Below are positions 1-10,200 of a stretch of DNA of 64,000 bases, piece by piece (within the stretch, counting starts at the first letter, position 1; every line of letters starts with the position of its first letter). The translations under genes were made by a program, and so were the position numbers. The stretch covers positions 6,160-70,159 of the forward strand of contig JADHMB010000004.1 in the NCBI GenBank assembly GCA_016780365.1. Reading direction: 5' to 3'. The notes beneath the pieces were generated by a model, which was given only the letters and a program-made list of their open reading frames with translations, was not told where the DNA came from and made no database searches. The DNA is from Flavobacteriales bacterium (GTDB lineage Bacteria; Bacteroidota; Bacteroidia; Flavobacteriales_D; Parvicellaceae).

Positions 1-2
1 GA

Positions 3-1160
3 ATTACATGGGACCCTGCAGCAACTTTATTAAACGTCTATTATAATAATTTTCTTGTTTTAAATTATACTGGTGACATAGTAAATAATGTATTTAACGG
101 CAACCCTATGGTTTTCTGGGGTTTTACTGCCTCAACAGGTGGAGCTAGCAATTTTCACCAATTTTGTATAGATGTTCCTGATTTAATAATTGATAGTTCA
201 AACGTTATTGTCGAAAGTGAAAAATGTAACCAAGAAAATGGAAGCATTAGTGGAATTAATATTGTCGGAGGAATAAGCCCCTACAGCTGGACTTGGAATA
301 CCCAAAGCTCCTTAACTCTAGATACATTTAACTTAAATGGAGGTGGCTTTTTTCTAGAATTAACAGATGGGATGGGATGTGTTGCTAGTCACAACTTCAA
401 TGTTGCTGACCTTTCAGGACCAGAAATTGATACTTCTTTTGTGGTAATAAAAAATGAAGATTGTGGACAAGAAAATGGAGCTATTTCCAATATTATAGTG
501 ACATCTAATGCAGATAGCATACAGTTTTATTGGAACAATTTCTTATCGGACTCTTTAGATATATCCAATCTTATTGCAGATAATTATCAATTGGTTGTCT
601 TAGACAACAATAATTGCAGAGATACCTCCAACTTTCTTCTAATTGATACCAACTATCACAATATATCTATCAATTTTAACTCTACAATAATGGAACCTGA
701 TGAACCTATTGATTTTTTTCAAAACTCAATAGATTCTTCGATTGTTAATAACTGGTCTTTCGGAGACGATTCCACTAGTATAGAATACGAACCTACTCAT
801 ATTTACAAATATCCAGGGGATTATACAGTATGTCTAATAGCTGGGAATGAGTTTAATTGTTTTGACACCTCTTGTTTGGAAATTACTATTTTTCCTAATG
901 AAATTATTATTCCAAATATTTTTAGTCCTAATAATGATGTAGTCAACGACGAGTTTGTAATTTATGGAATCAATGATCTATTTGATATAAAAATTTACAA
1001 TCGATGGGGCAATCTAGTATTTGATCAAAATCCCTACGAAAATAAATGGAATGGAGAAAACAGTAATGGAAAAAAATTAAGCGAAGGGCAATACTTTTAC
1101 ATACTTAAAAATGACCAAGAACAAATTAAATTAAATGGAAGTGTAATGCTGGTAAGATAA
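3..1160 (+). CDS. Partial (5'-truncated by the window edge) secreted adhesin-like protein: lectin-like domain, SprB-type repeats, PKD domain, T9SS type B (gliding-motility-associated) C-terminal domain
   Basis: The frame is open back to nt 3, so the listed ATG at 108 is internal. The upstream translation ...NGNPMVFWGFTASTGGASNFHQFCI resembles the legume-lectin-like 'GF(T/S)AsTG' motif. Two repeats have the form C(N/G)QENG(S/A)IS...W(T/N)WN, as in SprB repeats. A PKD-like segment reads GDDSTSIEYEPTHIYKYPGDYTVCLI. The C-terminus IPNIFSPNNDVVNDEF...IYNRWGNLVF...W(N)G...G.YFYIL matches the type B sorting domain. Confidence 0.7.
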   Translation: MTWDPAATLLNVYYNNFLVLNYTGDIVNNVFNGNPMVFWGFTASTGGASNFHQFCIDVPDLIIDSSNVIVESEKCNQENGSISGINIVGGISPYSWTWNTQSSLTLDTFNLNGGGFFLELTDGMGCVASHNFNVADLSGPEIDTSFVVIKNEDCGQENGAISNIIVTSNADSIQFYWNNFLSDSLDISNLIADNYQLVVLDNNNCRDTSNFLLIDTNYHNISINFNSTIMEPDEPIDFFQNSIDSSIVNNWSFGDDSTSIEYEPTHIYKYPGDYTVCLIAGNEFNCFDTSCLEITIFPNEIIIPNIFSPNNDVVNDEFVIYGINDLFDIKIYNRWGNLVFDQNPYENKWNGENSNGKKLSEGQYFYILKNDQEQIKLNGSVMLVR

Positions 1161-1161
1161 A

Positions 1162-1479
1162 TTAAATGTGAGCATCTAACTTCTCTGCAAGTTGGTCCTT
1201 AGGAACTGCACCAACAACTTTATCAACTAATTCTCCATTTTTAAGAAATACAATAGTTGGGATATTTCTTACTCCAAACTGAGCAGCAATACCACCATGA
1301 AGATCGACATTTACTTTTCCAACAACAGCTTTTCCGTCGTATTCTTTAGAAAGTTCCTCAACATGAGGCCCCACCATACGACAAGGACCACACCATTCAG
1401 CCCAAAAATCTACCATAACAAGCTTGTCTGACTTTAACGCCGTAGATTCAAAATTTTCTTCAGTAAACTCTAATGCCAT
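1162..1479 (-). CDS. trxA: Thioredoxin
   Basis: 105 aa with the canonical WAEWCGPCRM active site and a typical thioredoxin length. Confidence 0.95.
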   Translation of the reverse strand: MALEFTEENFESTALKSDKLVMVDFWAEWCGPCRMVGPHVEELSKEYDGKAVVGKVNVDLHGGIAAQFGVRNIPTIVFLKNGELVDKVVGAVPKDQLAEKLDAHI

Positions 1480-1558
1480 TTTTATAAATTTAAATTATCA
1501 TCAAAGATATATATTTTGTTTAAATATGTTGCGAAATAATGTTTTTTACCGAGAATAA

Positions 1559-4500
1559 TTAAGGATTATTTTTTTCTAAATAATTTACCATATTTGATTT
1601 ATTAATAGAGTAACCCAAAAATCCATCTAACTGACTAATTTCATGTATTAACTCATTTGATACGTTGGACATAAACTTTCTTGAATTTAAGGTCACATAA
1701 GTTGAGGACTCAGAATCTAATAGTTCAAAAATAATTTGCTTTTTCCCTTTGTACTTTCCCATTAATTTTTCTAAGTCATTAATTTGATCCTCCTTTAAAC
1801 TTTCATAATCCCATTTTAAATACAACGAGTTAGACAATTTGTCCCGAATATCATCCAAAACATCAATTTGTTGAATTCTATATTCCTTTTGAAATTCATC
1901 TGACTTATAGTATTTTGGACGCTGTTGAACTTTTCCCTTAATATGTAAAAAATTACCGGGCACTAAAAAATGCATGAATTTCAAATATTGTTCACCAAAA
2001 AGCCTAAACTCCATTTGACCTTCCATATCCTGAAGCTCTAGAACTCCGTATTTGGTTCCTCTTCTACTTTCTAAATTAGCAGCACTACTTACTAATCCTA
2101 TAAAAGAAAATTCTCTCTCTGGAAGCTCTTGTAAATTTTCATTGAGAACTTTTAAATTAATATCACAGAAATATTTTAGTTCTAATAGATAATCTTGTAA
2201 TGGATGTCCTGAAATATAAATGCCTACTACCTCCTTTTCCTTTGTCAAAAGCTCAAAATTGCTCCATTCTTCTGTCGTTGGAATTTGTGGCTCAGCCAAT
2301 TCAAGAGATTCTCCAATGGCATCAAACATATTTACCTGCTGGGAATTGCTTTTTGACTGAAAAGCCTGCCCAAACTTTAATAATTTTTCTACAAATGAAA
2401 CCTGTTTCTCGTCTACATTAAAAAATTGAGCACGATGAAAATTATTAAATGAATCAAATGCTCCTGCCATGGCTAAACTTTCAATTACTCTTTTGTTACA
2501 GTCTTTAAGGCTAACCCGTTTTATAAAATCAAAAATTGTATTGAATTTTCCAGTCTCTTTTCGAATTGAAGAAATATTTTTAACTGGGCCCTCTCCCACC
2601 CCCTTTACAGCGCCAAGACCAAACCTAATTTCGCCTTTTTCATTTACTGCAAACTTGTACCAACTTTCATTGACATCTGGCCCTAGTACTTTCAATCCCA
2701 TTCTATTGCACTCTTTCATGAAAAAAGTAACAGATTTTATATCGTTCATATTATTGCTAAGTACTGAAGCCATATATTCTGCAGGGTAATGTGCTTTTAA
2801 ATATGCTGTTTGGTAAGCGATTAAAGCATAACAAGTACTATGTGACTTATTAAATGCATAAGAAGCAAACTTCTCCCAATCTTTCCATATTTTTTCTAAA
2901 ATTTCAGTATCATGACCCCTTTCTTGACCTTGTGAAAGAAATTGTGGCTTCATTTTATTTAGCAAGTCTACTTTTTTCTTACCCATTGCTTTTCTTAAAG
3001 TATCTGCCTCTCCCTTAGAAAAACCAGCTAACTCTTGTGACAAAAGCATAACCTGTTCTTGATAAACTGTAATACCGTAAGTTTCTTTTAAAAAGTCTTC
3101 CATTACCGGTAAATCGTATTCTATTTTCTCATTGCCATGCTTCCGTTTGATAAAACTTGGTATGTATTCAATAGGACCTGGTCTGTAAAGCGCATTCATT
3201 GCAATTAAATCTGAAAAAGCTGTTGGTCGCAAAGATTTTAAATGTTTTTGCATTCCTGGAGATTCGTATTGGAAAATCCCCACTGTTTCTCCTTTTTGAA
3301 AAAGTTCATACGTTGTTTCATCGTCAAGTGGTATTTCATCTATATCTATAGATTTGCCCGACATCGCTTTTATAATTTTTATGGTATCCTTTATTAGAGT
3401 TAGAGTTTTTAGCCCAAGAAAATCCATTTTCAACAAACCCGCAGACTCTGCTACAGAATTGTCAAATTGAGTACACCACATTTCGGAATCTTTGGCTAAT
3501 GAAACAGGGACAAAATCTCTTATGTCTGAGGGAGTGATTATAACTCCACATGCATGAATTCCTGTATTTCTTAACGAGCCCTCAACCAGCTTTGCTTGTC
3601 TAATAACTTCTCCTTCAATTCCTTCCTCCTCCAATTTATTAATGAGTTCTTCTGCATTTTTTAATTGATCAGGCGAGATATTACTTTTTACATCTTGTTT
3701 AGTCCAACTAAATAATTTATTCAATTTTACATCAGGAACCAACTTTGCCAACCTATCTGTCTGCTGCAAAGGCAAGTCCAAAACTCTTCCAGTATCTCTA
3801 ATTGAAGATTTTGCAGCCATAGTACCATAAGTAATTATCTGGGCAACTTGACTAGAACCGTATTTATCAATAACATATTGTATTACTCTTGATCTTCCTT
3901 CATCGTCAAAATCAATATCAATATCCGGCAAAGAAACTCTATCTGGATTAAGAAATCTCTCAAAAAGAAGATTGTACTTAATTGGATCAACATTTGTAAT
4001 TCCTATACAATATGCTACAGCAGAACCAGCGGCAGAACCTCTTCCAGGGCCAACTGAAACATTCATATCTCTAGCTGCAGAACAAAAATCTTGTACTATC
4101 AAAAAATAACCAGGATAGCCTGTATTTCTAATAATTTCTAACTCAAAATCTATTCTTTCTTTGATTTCGTCCGATAATTCTTGGTATCTAACTTTAGCTC
4201 CTTGATAAGTTAAATGTCTTAAGTAGTTGTTTTCTCCATTTTTAAGTGAAGTATCCTCTAAATCTTTCGGATCTTTAAATTCATCGGGTATTTCAAACTC
4301 AGGCAATAATACATCTGAAGCCAAACGATAAGATTCACATTTTGCAATTATTTCATTGGTGTTTATTATGGAATCAGGAATATCAGAAAATAAAGATTTC
4401 ATCTCCTTCTGAGATTTAAAGTAATATTCGGTATTTAAAAACCCAAATCTAAAACCTCTTCCTCTGCCAATCGGAGTTGATTTTCTTTCCCCATCCTTTA

Positions 4501-6004
4501 TACACAACAGTACATCATGGGCATCTGCATCGTCCTTATTTAGATAGTGAGTATTGTTAGAGGCAAAGTATTTAATAGAATGTTTTTTAGCAAATCTTAG
4601 TAAAACCTCATTTACTTTTTCCTCCTCTTCCAAACCATGCCTAACAATTTCTATATAAAAATCATCTTTAAAGTTTTCTTTCCACCACAAAAGAGACTCC
4701 TCCGCTTTTTGTTCCCCTTCATTTAATATTAGTTGGGCTATTTCTCCATACAATCCTCCTGTGGTTACAATCAAATCATTGGAATATTCTAAGATTATGT
4801 TTTTATCTATCCTAGGAACATAATAAAATCCTTCAATAAATCCGATGGAGGAAAGCTTGATTAGGTTTTGATAACCCTTTTTATTTTTGGCTAAAAAAGG
4901 AACTTGATAGCCATTATTTTTATAAGTCTTGTCATTTCTGTCCGGACAAACTTGGAACTCACACCCAACAATAGGAAGAATTTTTTTCTTTTCTAAATCT
5001 TGGATTTCTGTTTCTGAAACATTTGATTTTTTATTAGCCTCTTCAATTTTTTCATCAATGGATTGGTTATGTTTAAAACCCGCTTCCACAAATTGAAATG
5101 CCCCCATCATATTCCCAGAATCTGAAAAGGCAACTGCAGGCATTCCAAACTCTACCGCTTTTTCAATTAGAGTTTTTACATGAATAGTAGATTGAAGTAC
5201 AGAAAATTGAGTTTTGTTATGAAGATGGGAAAAGGGTACGTCTTTTAAATGAGAAATATCTTCTTTAGGAACTACAGTTTTACTAACCCCAGATTTTTTT
5301 TTCTCTACAAGTGCTTTACTTTGTTTAGATAAATTTATGTGCTTGATTCCAGCAGGAGTGAATTCTGAAGTATTCTTTACAAAAAAATCGGCATATTTTT
5401 CATCATCTAAAAAAAGATCTGATTTTTGGAAAGATCCTTTTCTAATAAGTTCAAAAAAACATCTAGCTGTTGCCTCAACATCTGCCGTAGCATTGTGCGC
5501 TTCTTTAAAAGGCACTTTAAATAAGCATTGATGAAGCTCAGATAAAGTTGGATATTTAAATTTACCTCCTCTTCCTCCTGGAAGTTTGCATAAAAATGCT
5601 GACTTTTCTGTACATGTGTCAAGTACTGGCATTTTTAGCCATTCATTGTCATACCCTAGTCTATGGAACTCCGATCCGACAATATTCAAATCAAACTTTA
5701 GATTTTGTCCAACCAAAACCTTTGTTTTGGCTAAAACATTTTTAAAAGAATTTAATACCTCTTTTAATGGCTCTCCCTTAGTTTTAGCCAATGCAGTAGA
5801 TATGCCATGAATTTTTTCAGATTGATAGGGAATATCGTAACCATCTGGTACAATTAAAAAATCATTGTGCTCTATTAATGTTCCATCATAGTCATGAAGC
5901 TGCCAAGCAATTTGAACACACCTTGGCCAATTGTCTAAATCGGTTATTGGCGCATTAAACTTTTTAGGTAAGCCTGTAGTTTCAGTATCAAAAATTAGGT
6001 ACAT
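1559..6004 (-). CDS. dnaE: DNA polymerase III alpha subunit with a fused N-terminal DEDDh (epsilon-like) 3'-5' exonuclease domain
   Basis: 1481 aa. The N-terminus carries FDTETTG (ExoI), GQNLKFDLNI (ExoII) and HNATADVEATARCF (ExoIII, H-x4-D). These are followed by a PHP start (FSHLHNKTQFSVLQS), the DnaE palm/fingers region (..GPGRGSAAGS.., ..LPDIDIDF..) and a C-terminal OB region. Confidence 0.9.
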   Translation of the reverse strand: MYLIFDTETTGLPKKFNAPITDLDNWPRCVQIAWQLHDYDGTLIEHNDFLIVPDGYDIPYQSEKIHGISTALAKTKGEPLKEVLNSFKNVLAKTKVLVGQNLKFDLNIVGSEFHRLGYDNEWLKMPVLDTCTEKSAFLCKLPGGRGGKFKYPTLSELHQCLFKVPFKEAHNATADVEATARCFFELIRKGSFQKSDLFLDDEKYADFFVKNTSEFTPAGIKHINLSKQSKALVEKKKSGVSKTVVPKEDISHLKDVPFSHLHNKTQFSVLQSTIHVKTLIEKAVEFGMPAVAFSDSGNMMGAFQFVEAGFKHNQSIDEKIEEANKKSNVSETEIQDLEKKKILPIVGCEFQVCPDRNDKTYKNNGYQVPFLAKNKKGYQNLIKLSSIGFIEGFYYVPRIDKNIILEYSNDLIVTTGGLYGEIAQLILNEGEQKAEESLLWWKENFKDDFYIEIVRHGLEEEEKVNEVLLRFAKKHSIKYFASNNTHYLNKDDADAHDVLLCIKDGERKSTPIGRGRGFRFGFLNTEYYFKSQKEMKSLFSDIPDSIINTNEIIAKCESYRLASDVLLPEFEIPDEFKDPKDLEDTSLKNGENNYLRHLTYQGAKVRYQELSDEIKERIDFELEIIRNTGYPGYFLIVQDFCSAARDMNVSVGPGRGSAAGSAVAYCIGITNVDPIKYNLLFERFLNPDRVSLPDIDIDFDDEGRSRVIQYVIDKYGSSQVAQIITYGTMAAKSSIRDTGRVLDLPLQQTDRLAKLVPDVKLNKLFSWTKQDVKSNISPDQLKNAEELINKLEEEGIEGEVIRQAKLVEGSLRNTGIHACGVIITPSDIRDFVPVSLAKDSEMWCTQFDNSVAESAGLLKMDFLGLKTLTLIKDTIKIIKAMSGKSIDIDEIPLDDETTYELFQKGETVGIFQYESPGMQKHLKSLRPTAFSDLIAMNALYRPGPIEYIPSFIKRKHGNEKIEYDLPVMEDFLKETYGITVYQEQVMLLSQELAGFSKGEADTLRKAMGKKKVDLLNKMKPQFLSQGQERGHDTEILEKIWKDWEKFASYAFNKSHSTCYALIAYQTAYLKAHYPAEYMASVLSNNMNDIKSVTFFMKECNRMGLKVLGPDVNESWYKFAVNEKGEIRFGLGAVKGVGEGPVKNISSIRKETGKFNTIFDFIKRVSLKDCNKRVIESLAMAGAFDSFNNFHRAQFFNVDEKQVSFVEKLLKFGQAFQSKSNSQQVNMFDAIGESLELAEPQIPTTEEWSNFELLTKEKEVVGIYISGHPLQDYLLELKYFCDINLKVLNENLQELPEREFSFIGLVSSAANLESRRGTKYGVLELQDMEGQMEFRLFGEQYLKFMHFLVPGNFLHIKGKVQQRPKYYKSDEFQKEYRIQQIDVLDDIRDKLSNSLYLKWDYESLKEDQINDLEKLMGKYKGKKQIIFELLDSESSTYVTLNSRKFMSNVSNELIHEISQLDGFLGYSINKSNMVNYLEKNNP

Positions 6005-6074
6005 GAATTAGATTCTCCATCTAATGTAAAAAGTACTTGGAATTATATAATAAATTGTTGAAAACTTTAATATC

Positions 6075-7115
6075 TTAAAAAGTACTAGATTGAGAATATC
6101 GCCTCCATTTATTAAGTACTTCCTCAAAATAATCTGGCAACTCACTATCATAACTTAAATCTTTTTTCAGAGTTGGATGGTAAAACCCGAGTGACTTTGC
6201 ATGAAGAGCTTGTCCTGGTAAAAGCTTAAAACAATTTTCTACAAATTGCTTGTATTTCGTAAAACTTGTTCCTTTTACAATTGTATCACCGCCATATTCT
6301 AAATCATTAAAAAGCGGGTGTCCAATATGTTTCATATGCGCCCTTATTTGATGTGTTCTGCCCGTTTCAAGCCTGCATTCTATAAGGGTAACGTAACCAA
6401 ACCTTTCAATTACACTATAATGAGTAACGGCATGCTTGCCATGATCTTTTTCTGGATAACACGTCATTAATTTTCTATTCTTTAAAGATCTACCTAAATA
6501 TAAATCTACTGTTCCTTCCTCCTTTTCAACATCGCCCCAAACTAGTGCATGATATCTTCTTTTAGTAGTTCTATCAAAAAATTGCTTTGCCAAATTGGTT
6601 AAAGTATTCTCTGTCTTAGCTACTACCATTATTCCTGTAGTATGTTTGTCTAGTCGATGAACCAGTCCTGGTCGACCAAAATAATCAGATGGTAGTTCCG
6701 GTAATTTTTCGAAATGGTATAACAATGCATTTACTAATGTACCATCGTAATTTCCATATCCTGGATGAACCACCATATTTGCAGATTTATTAACCAAACA
6801 TAATTGATCATCTTCATAAATAATATCAACAGGAATATCTTGTGGAATTAACTCTAATTGCCTTACTGGATAAGGTAAAACTATAGAAACCTCATCTTTT
6901 GGCTTTACCTTGTAATTTGGCTTCACTGGTAATTTATTAACTAGAATATTTCCATTATGAGCAGCAATTTGAATTTTGTTCCTAGATGTATTTGCAATTC
7001 GAGCCATTAAAAACTTATCAATTCTTAATTTCTCTTGCCCTTTATCAGCTATAAAATTGTAGTGTTCAAACAGCTCTTCCTCCTGATCGTCAATATTTTT
7101 AACTTCCTTAGTCAT
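6075..7115 (-). CDS. rluD: RluA/RluD-family 23S rRNA pseudouridine synthase with an N-terminal S4 domain
   Basis: Has the catalytic motif HRLDKHTTGIMVVAKT, an S4-like N-terminus (LRIDKFLMARI..SRNKIQ) and a GRTHQIRAH motif. Confidence 0.85.
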   Translation of the reverse strand: MTKEVKNIDDQEEELFEHYNFIADKGQEKLRIDKFLMARIANTSRNKIQIAAHNGNILVNKLPVKPNYKVKPKDEVSIVLPYPVRQLELIPQDIPVDIIYEDDQLCLVNKSANMVVHPGYGNYDGTLVNALLYHFEKLPELPSDYFGRPGLVHRLDKHTTGIMVVAKTENTLTNLAKQFFDRTTKRRYHALVWGDVEKEEGTVDLYLGRSLKNRKLMTCYPEKDHGKHAVTHYSVIERFGYVTLIECRLETGRTHQIRAHMKHIGHPLFNDLEYGGDTIVKGTSFTKYKQFVENCFKLLPGQALHAKSLGFYHPTLKKDLSYDSELPDYFEEVLNKWRRYSQSSTF

Positions 7116-9358
7116 TAATGATGTTGGACAATTAGTTTTTCAACTTTAATTTCTCCATTTTTAAATTTAAACTTTATGAGATAAATACCATTGAGTAAGT
7201 TTTTAACCATAATAGAGTTTTCATGGTCCATACTTAAAATATTTACCATTCTTCCATTCAAATCGTAAATTTCAATACTCTCAACATCTTTATTAGAAAT
7301 TAGAACTAAATCGTCTGCAGGATTTGGGTAAAAGGAAATATTTTCCTCTTTACTAAGCAACTCTGGATAGTTCACAACATTATCCATTGGTGAAACAAAT
7401 ACAGGACGCATCATGAGCGCACCATCAAAAATGGTATTTTGAAAACCCGAACCTAAATTGTAAAATATATCAAGTTTTCTATTAATGTTTTTATCAAAAC
7501 CTATATTTAATCTTGAGGATGAAGTCTGTTTCCAGCCTATATAAAATGTATCACTTACAGGAACTAAAGAAGGTAATTCGTATTCAAAGAATCCATTCAG
7601 CCCTGAGTTATACTCTGGATAGTAAAGCTCGGGAAAATCAAAATCGTCTGTAGTATAAATCAAACTTCCTGGAGACCCCAAACTATCGTCCCATATTTGA
7701 AGAAAAAATGGATCATTAGAAGCATCATTTACAGAGGGAGAAAAATGTATTTTAATACTTTTTAAAGTATCTGTTCCGTTACCCTCTAAAATTGAAAACC
7801 TATAGGCTAGTTCTACTCCATTACCTATTAAACCATAAGCAGCTTCTGCAGAACCATCGTCGTAAGAATAATAATTTTGAAATGACTGATGGTGTAAAAT
7901 AGTATCATTTACACTTAATCTTTCAGGCGTTGTATTGGTAGATAAATAAAATCTGTAAGTATAATCTACAAAAGTATCTGTAAGTGAAGTATTAAGCTCA
8001 AAAGTAGATCCAAAATCGTAAAACATATCAAAATAACTTAATTCCGGAACGTTTAGAACAGTGGCCGAATATGGAAAAGAGGATTGTAATATATCTTCGT
8101 AAAACAAATCCATGGAACAAGGTTGTAATAATTTGGGATTATCAGATGAGTTATAGGATGGAATTATAGCGTTTTTTAGCAATATGTCAGAAGTTGTATT
8201 TTTAAAATGTTTCCAAGGGACAGAACTATAATTGTCTAGCATGGAAACTGGTGGAGATGTGAATGCCCAATCTTGCATTAGTGTATCGTTCATAGAACGA
8301 CTTTCATTGAAATAAACATAGTCAAGATTCCAGTGGTCTAAACTCCCATTTAGACTTCCGTAAGAATTAAACCTAAATCTAAATCCATCTTGAAAATATT
8401 TTGAGGAATCCAGTAGAATATGCTCATAATACCATTGATCGCTATCAAAACCGTTGGTAGACCAAACCGAATTCCACTCGTTGTTAGAAGGATTATAAAA
8501 TTCTAATAGGAGTGAATCGTCTGAATCTGGTGTTTCCCCATATCCTCCAGCTTGAAAATAGAAAGAGAAATACAAGGAATCGCTAATATCTTTATTGCCT
8601 AAAAAAATTGGTTTAGAAGTTAATTGATCTGACCAGTCTGTAGCCCCGGTAGTCCAATCATACGGATTACCAGACGAGTTTAAACCATCAAAAGTAACTA
8701 CGCCAAGAGTCCAAGGATTTTTTGGGTAATTGTAATTTAAAAATACATCGTTGTCTAACCAGATTTTATTTAAGTCTTCAATTTCAGGAGAAACAAAATA
8801 TAAAGAAATAGAATCTTGACTGTAATCCGAAGAAAGATTGGCAAAAGTTGTATCAGGACTAGCTGCTGTCCAAAGTGAATCTATAATAGTAACATTTGGC
8901 CATAAAATTATTGTATCACTGGTAATAGGGTAATAGAAAAGATTATTTATTATTAATGTATCTGGATCGTTTTGAATTGTTAACATAATTAGAGTATCCA
9001 GCCCGTTAGAATTTATGCTATCATAAGCATAGGTGAAGGTTGGAGAAGACATATAGCTATTTGTAAGAGGAACCAAACTCCCATCTAAAAAGAACAGATA
9101 ATTCCAGGAAGAATCTGAAATATTAGGACCACTTGTATCGGTTTTGTATACTTTAAATTTATTGGTAGAAAAATCATCAATTAATGGCAAACTAAGGGTG
9201 TCTGTCAAATAAATAAAATCAAAATTCTCTATGGACTGCGTTCTTTTAGAAGATGAAATATCCAACAATGACATATTGGTTCTCAGAGGCTGGAGACTCT
9301 CCTGAGAAACAAGAAAGAATGGAATTAAAAAGAAAGAAAGCGAAAAAAAATTTTTCAA
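7115..9358 (-). CDS. Secreted protein of unknown function with a T9SS type A C-terminal sorting domain
   Basis: TTG start with a Sec signal (MKNFFSLSFFLIPFFLVSQ). The C-terminus FYPNPADDLVLISNK...IEIYDLNGRMV...NGIYLIKFKFKNGEIKVEKLIV is a typical Por/T9SS CTD. The rest of the protein is rich in S/T/N/D/Y. Confidence 0.7.
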   Translation of the reverse strand: MKNFFSLSFFLIPFFLVSQESLQPLRTNMSLLDISSSKRTQSIENFDFIYLTDTLSLPLIDDFSTNKFKVYKTDTSGPNISDSSWNYLFFLDGSLVPLTNSYMSSPTFTYAYDSINSNGLDTLIMLTIQNDPDTLIINNLFYYPITSDTIILWPNVTIIDSLWTAASPDTTFANLSSDYSQDSISLYFVSPEIEDLNKIWLDNDVFLNYNYPKNPWTLGVVTFDGLNSSGNPYDWTTGATDWSDQLTSKPIFLGNKDISDSLYFSFYFQAGGYGETPDSDDSLLLEFYNPSNNEWNSVWSTNGFDSDQWYYEHILLDSSKYFQDGFRFRFNSYGSLNGSLDHWNLDYVYFNESRSMNDTLMQDWAFTSPPVSMLDNYSSVPWKHFKNTTSDILLKNAIIPSYNSSDNPKLLQPCSMDLFYEDILQSSFPYSATVLNVPELSYFDMFYDFGSTFELNTSLTDTFVDYTYRFYLSTNTTPERLSVNDTILHHQSFQNYYSYDDGSAEAAYGLIGNGVELAYRFSILEGNGTDTLKSIKIHFSPSVNDASNDPFFLQIWDDSLGSPGSLIYTTDDFDFPELYYPEYNSGLNGFFEYELPSLVPVSDTFYIGWKQTSSSRLNIGFDKNINRKLDIFYNLGSGFQNTIFDGALMMRPVFVSPMDNVVNYPELLSKEENISFYPNPADDLVLISNKDVESIEIYDLNGRMVNILSMDHENSIMVKNLLNGIYLIKFKFKNGEIKVEKLIVQHH

Positions 9359-10200
9359 ATATTATAGTTTAATCCTACGGTGTCTTTGGCATAAATACTA
9401 TCCAACGGGGTGGAAAGATTTGCATCTATTATCACTAAACTTCCAATTGAAATAAAGGATTTGTTATCCGTCTTGGGGGATGGGTATTGATTGAAGATTA
9501 CTGCACGGTTTGAATCCTTAAAATCAAGAACAGAATCATTGTAATTAATCTCTAGTTCAAGTCCTATTTCGCTTGCTTTATTATTTGCTAAATAGATATT
9601 CATTCCTCTAAAATCTGGTAATTCAATTGGCTTCCCTTTATCGCCAGATCCATAAATTAATTTTAAAGTAGCCCCTTTTAATAATTTTCTTCCAGCTTTA
9701 ACAATCTCATCTTGGAACCTAATTTCAAGTACTTTGTCTCTGTCTTTATGATTTCTCATTTCTAAATCCACCTTAAACCCAAGCCTTTCTAATTTGGTTT
9801 TGCCAATATTTTTAGAATTAACATTGGACATTAAATCTGGGACGGTTTTGTAAATTTCTTGTTTTTTTACAATAGTTAAATATAGGTTCCTATTGGGCTT
9901 TATATAGTTTGGAAAGTCTTCTGAATGTGGTTTTGGATCTTGTTGAATAATCATACCCATTGGATGGTTTTCAGAATATATCGAGTCTCGTATTTCATAC
10001 CTTAGTTCTAATTTTTCTAAAGTATCATTTAAATTATTGATTTGAATACCTAATAAATTGGGAACTTCAATTTTAATATTATGGTTGGTGTATTTATCTA
10101 GATTATCCATTGTATAATAGAAAATTCCGTATAAAGTTGCACTGGCCAAAAGGAAGTTTATCCAGAAGAATTTTGAAAATATAAATCTTATTATTTTCAT
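9355..10200 (-). CDS. Membrane-anchored PASTA-domain protein (three PASTA-like repeats, no kinase or PBP domain)
   Basis: Has an N-terminal TM segment (FFWINFLLASATLYGIFYY). Three repeats begin VPNLLG.., VPDLMS.., LPDFRGM.., each about 65-70 aa with PASTA-like spacing. Confidence 0.6.
   Translation of the reverse strand: MKIIRFIFSKFFWINFLLASATLYGIFYYTMDNLDKYTNHNIKIEVPNLLGIQINNLNDTLEKLELRYEIRDSIYSENHPMGMIIQQDPKPHSEDFPNYIKPNRNLYLTIVKKQEIYKTVPDLMSNVNSKNIGKTKLERLGFKVDLEMRNHKDRDKVLEIRFQDEIVKAGRKLLKGATLKLIYGSGDKGKPIELPDFRGMNIYLANNKASEIGLELEINYNDSVLDFKDSNRAVIFNQYPSPKTDNKSFISIGSLVIIDANLSTPLDSIYAKDTVGLNYNI

Noticed and set aside
2200-5810. Several 64-106-aa plus- and minus-strand ORFs lie inside dnaE (2200-2421, 2469-2789, 5337-5531, 5407-5622, 5586-5810).
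   Set aside because: All lie within the continuous 1481-aa dnaE frame, which has conserved motifs throughout. They are out-of-frame or antisense shadows of the kind typical in AT-rich DNA.
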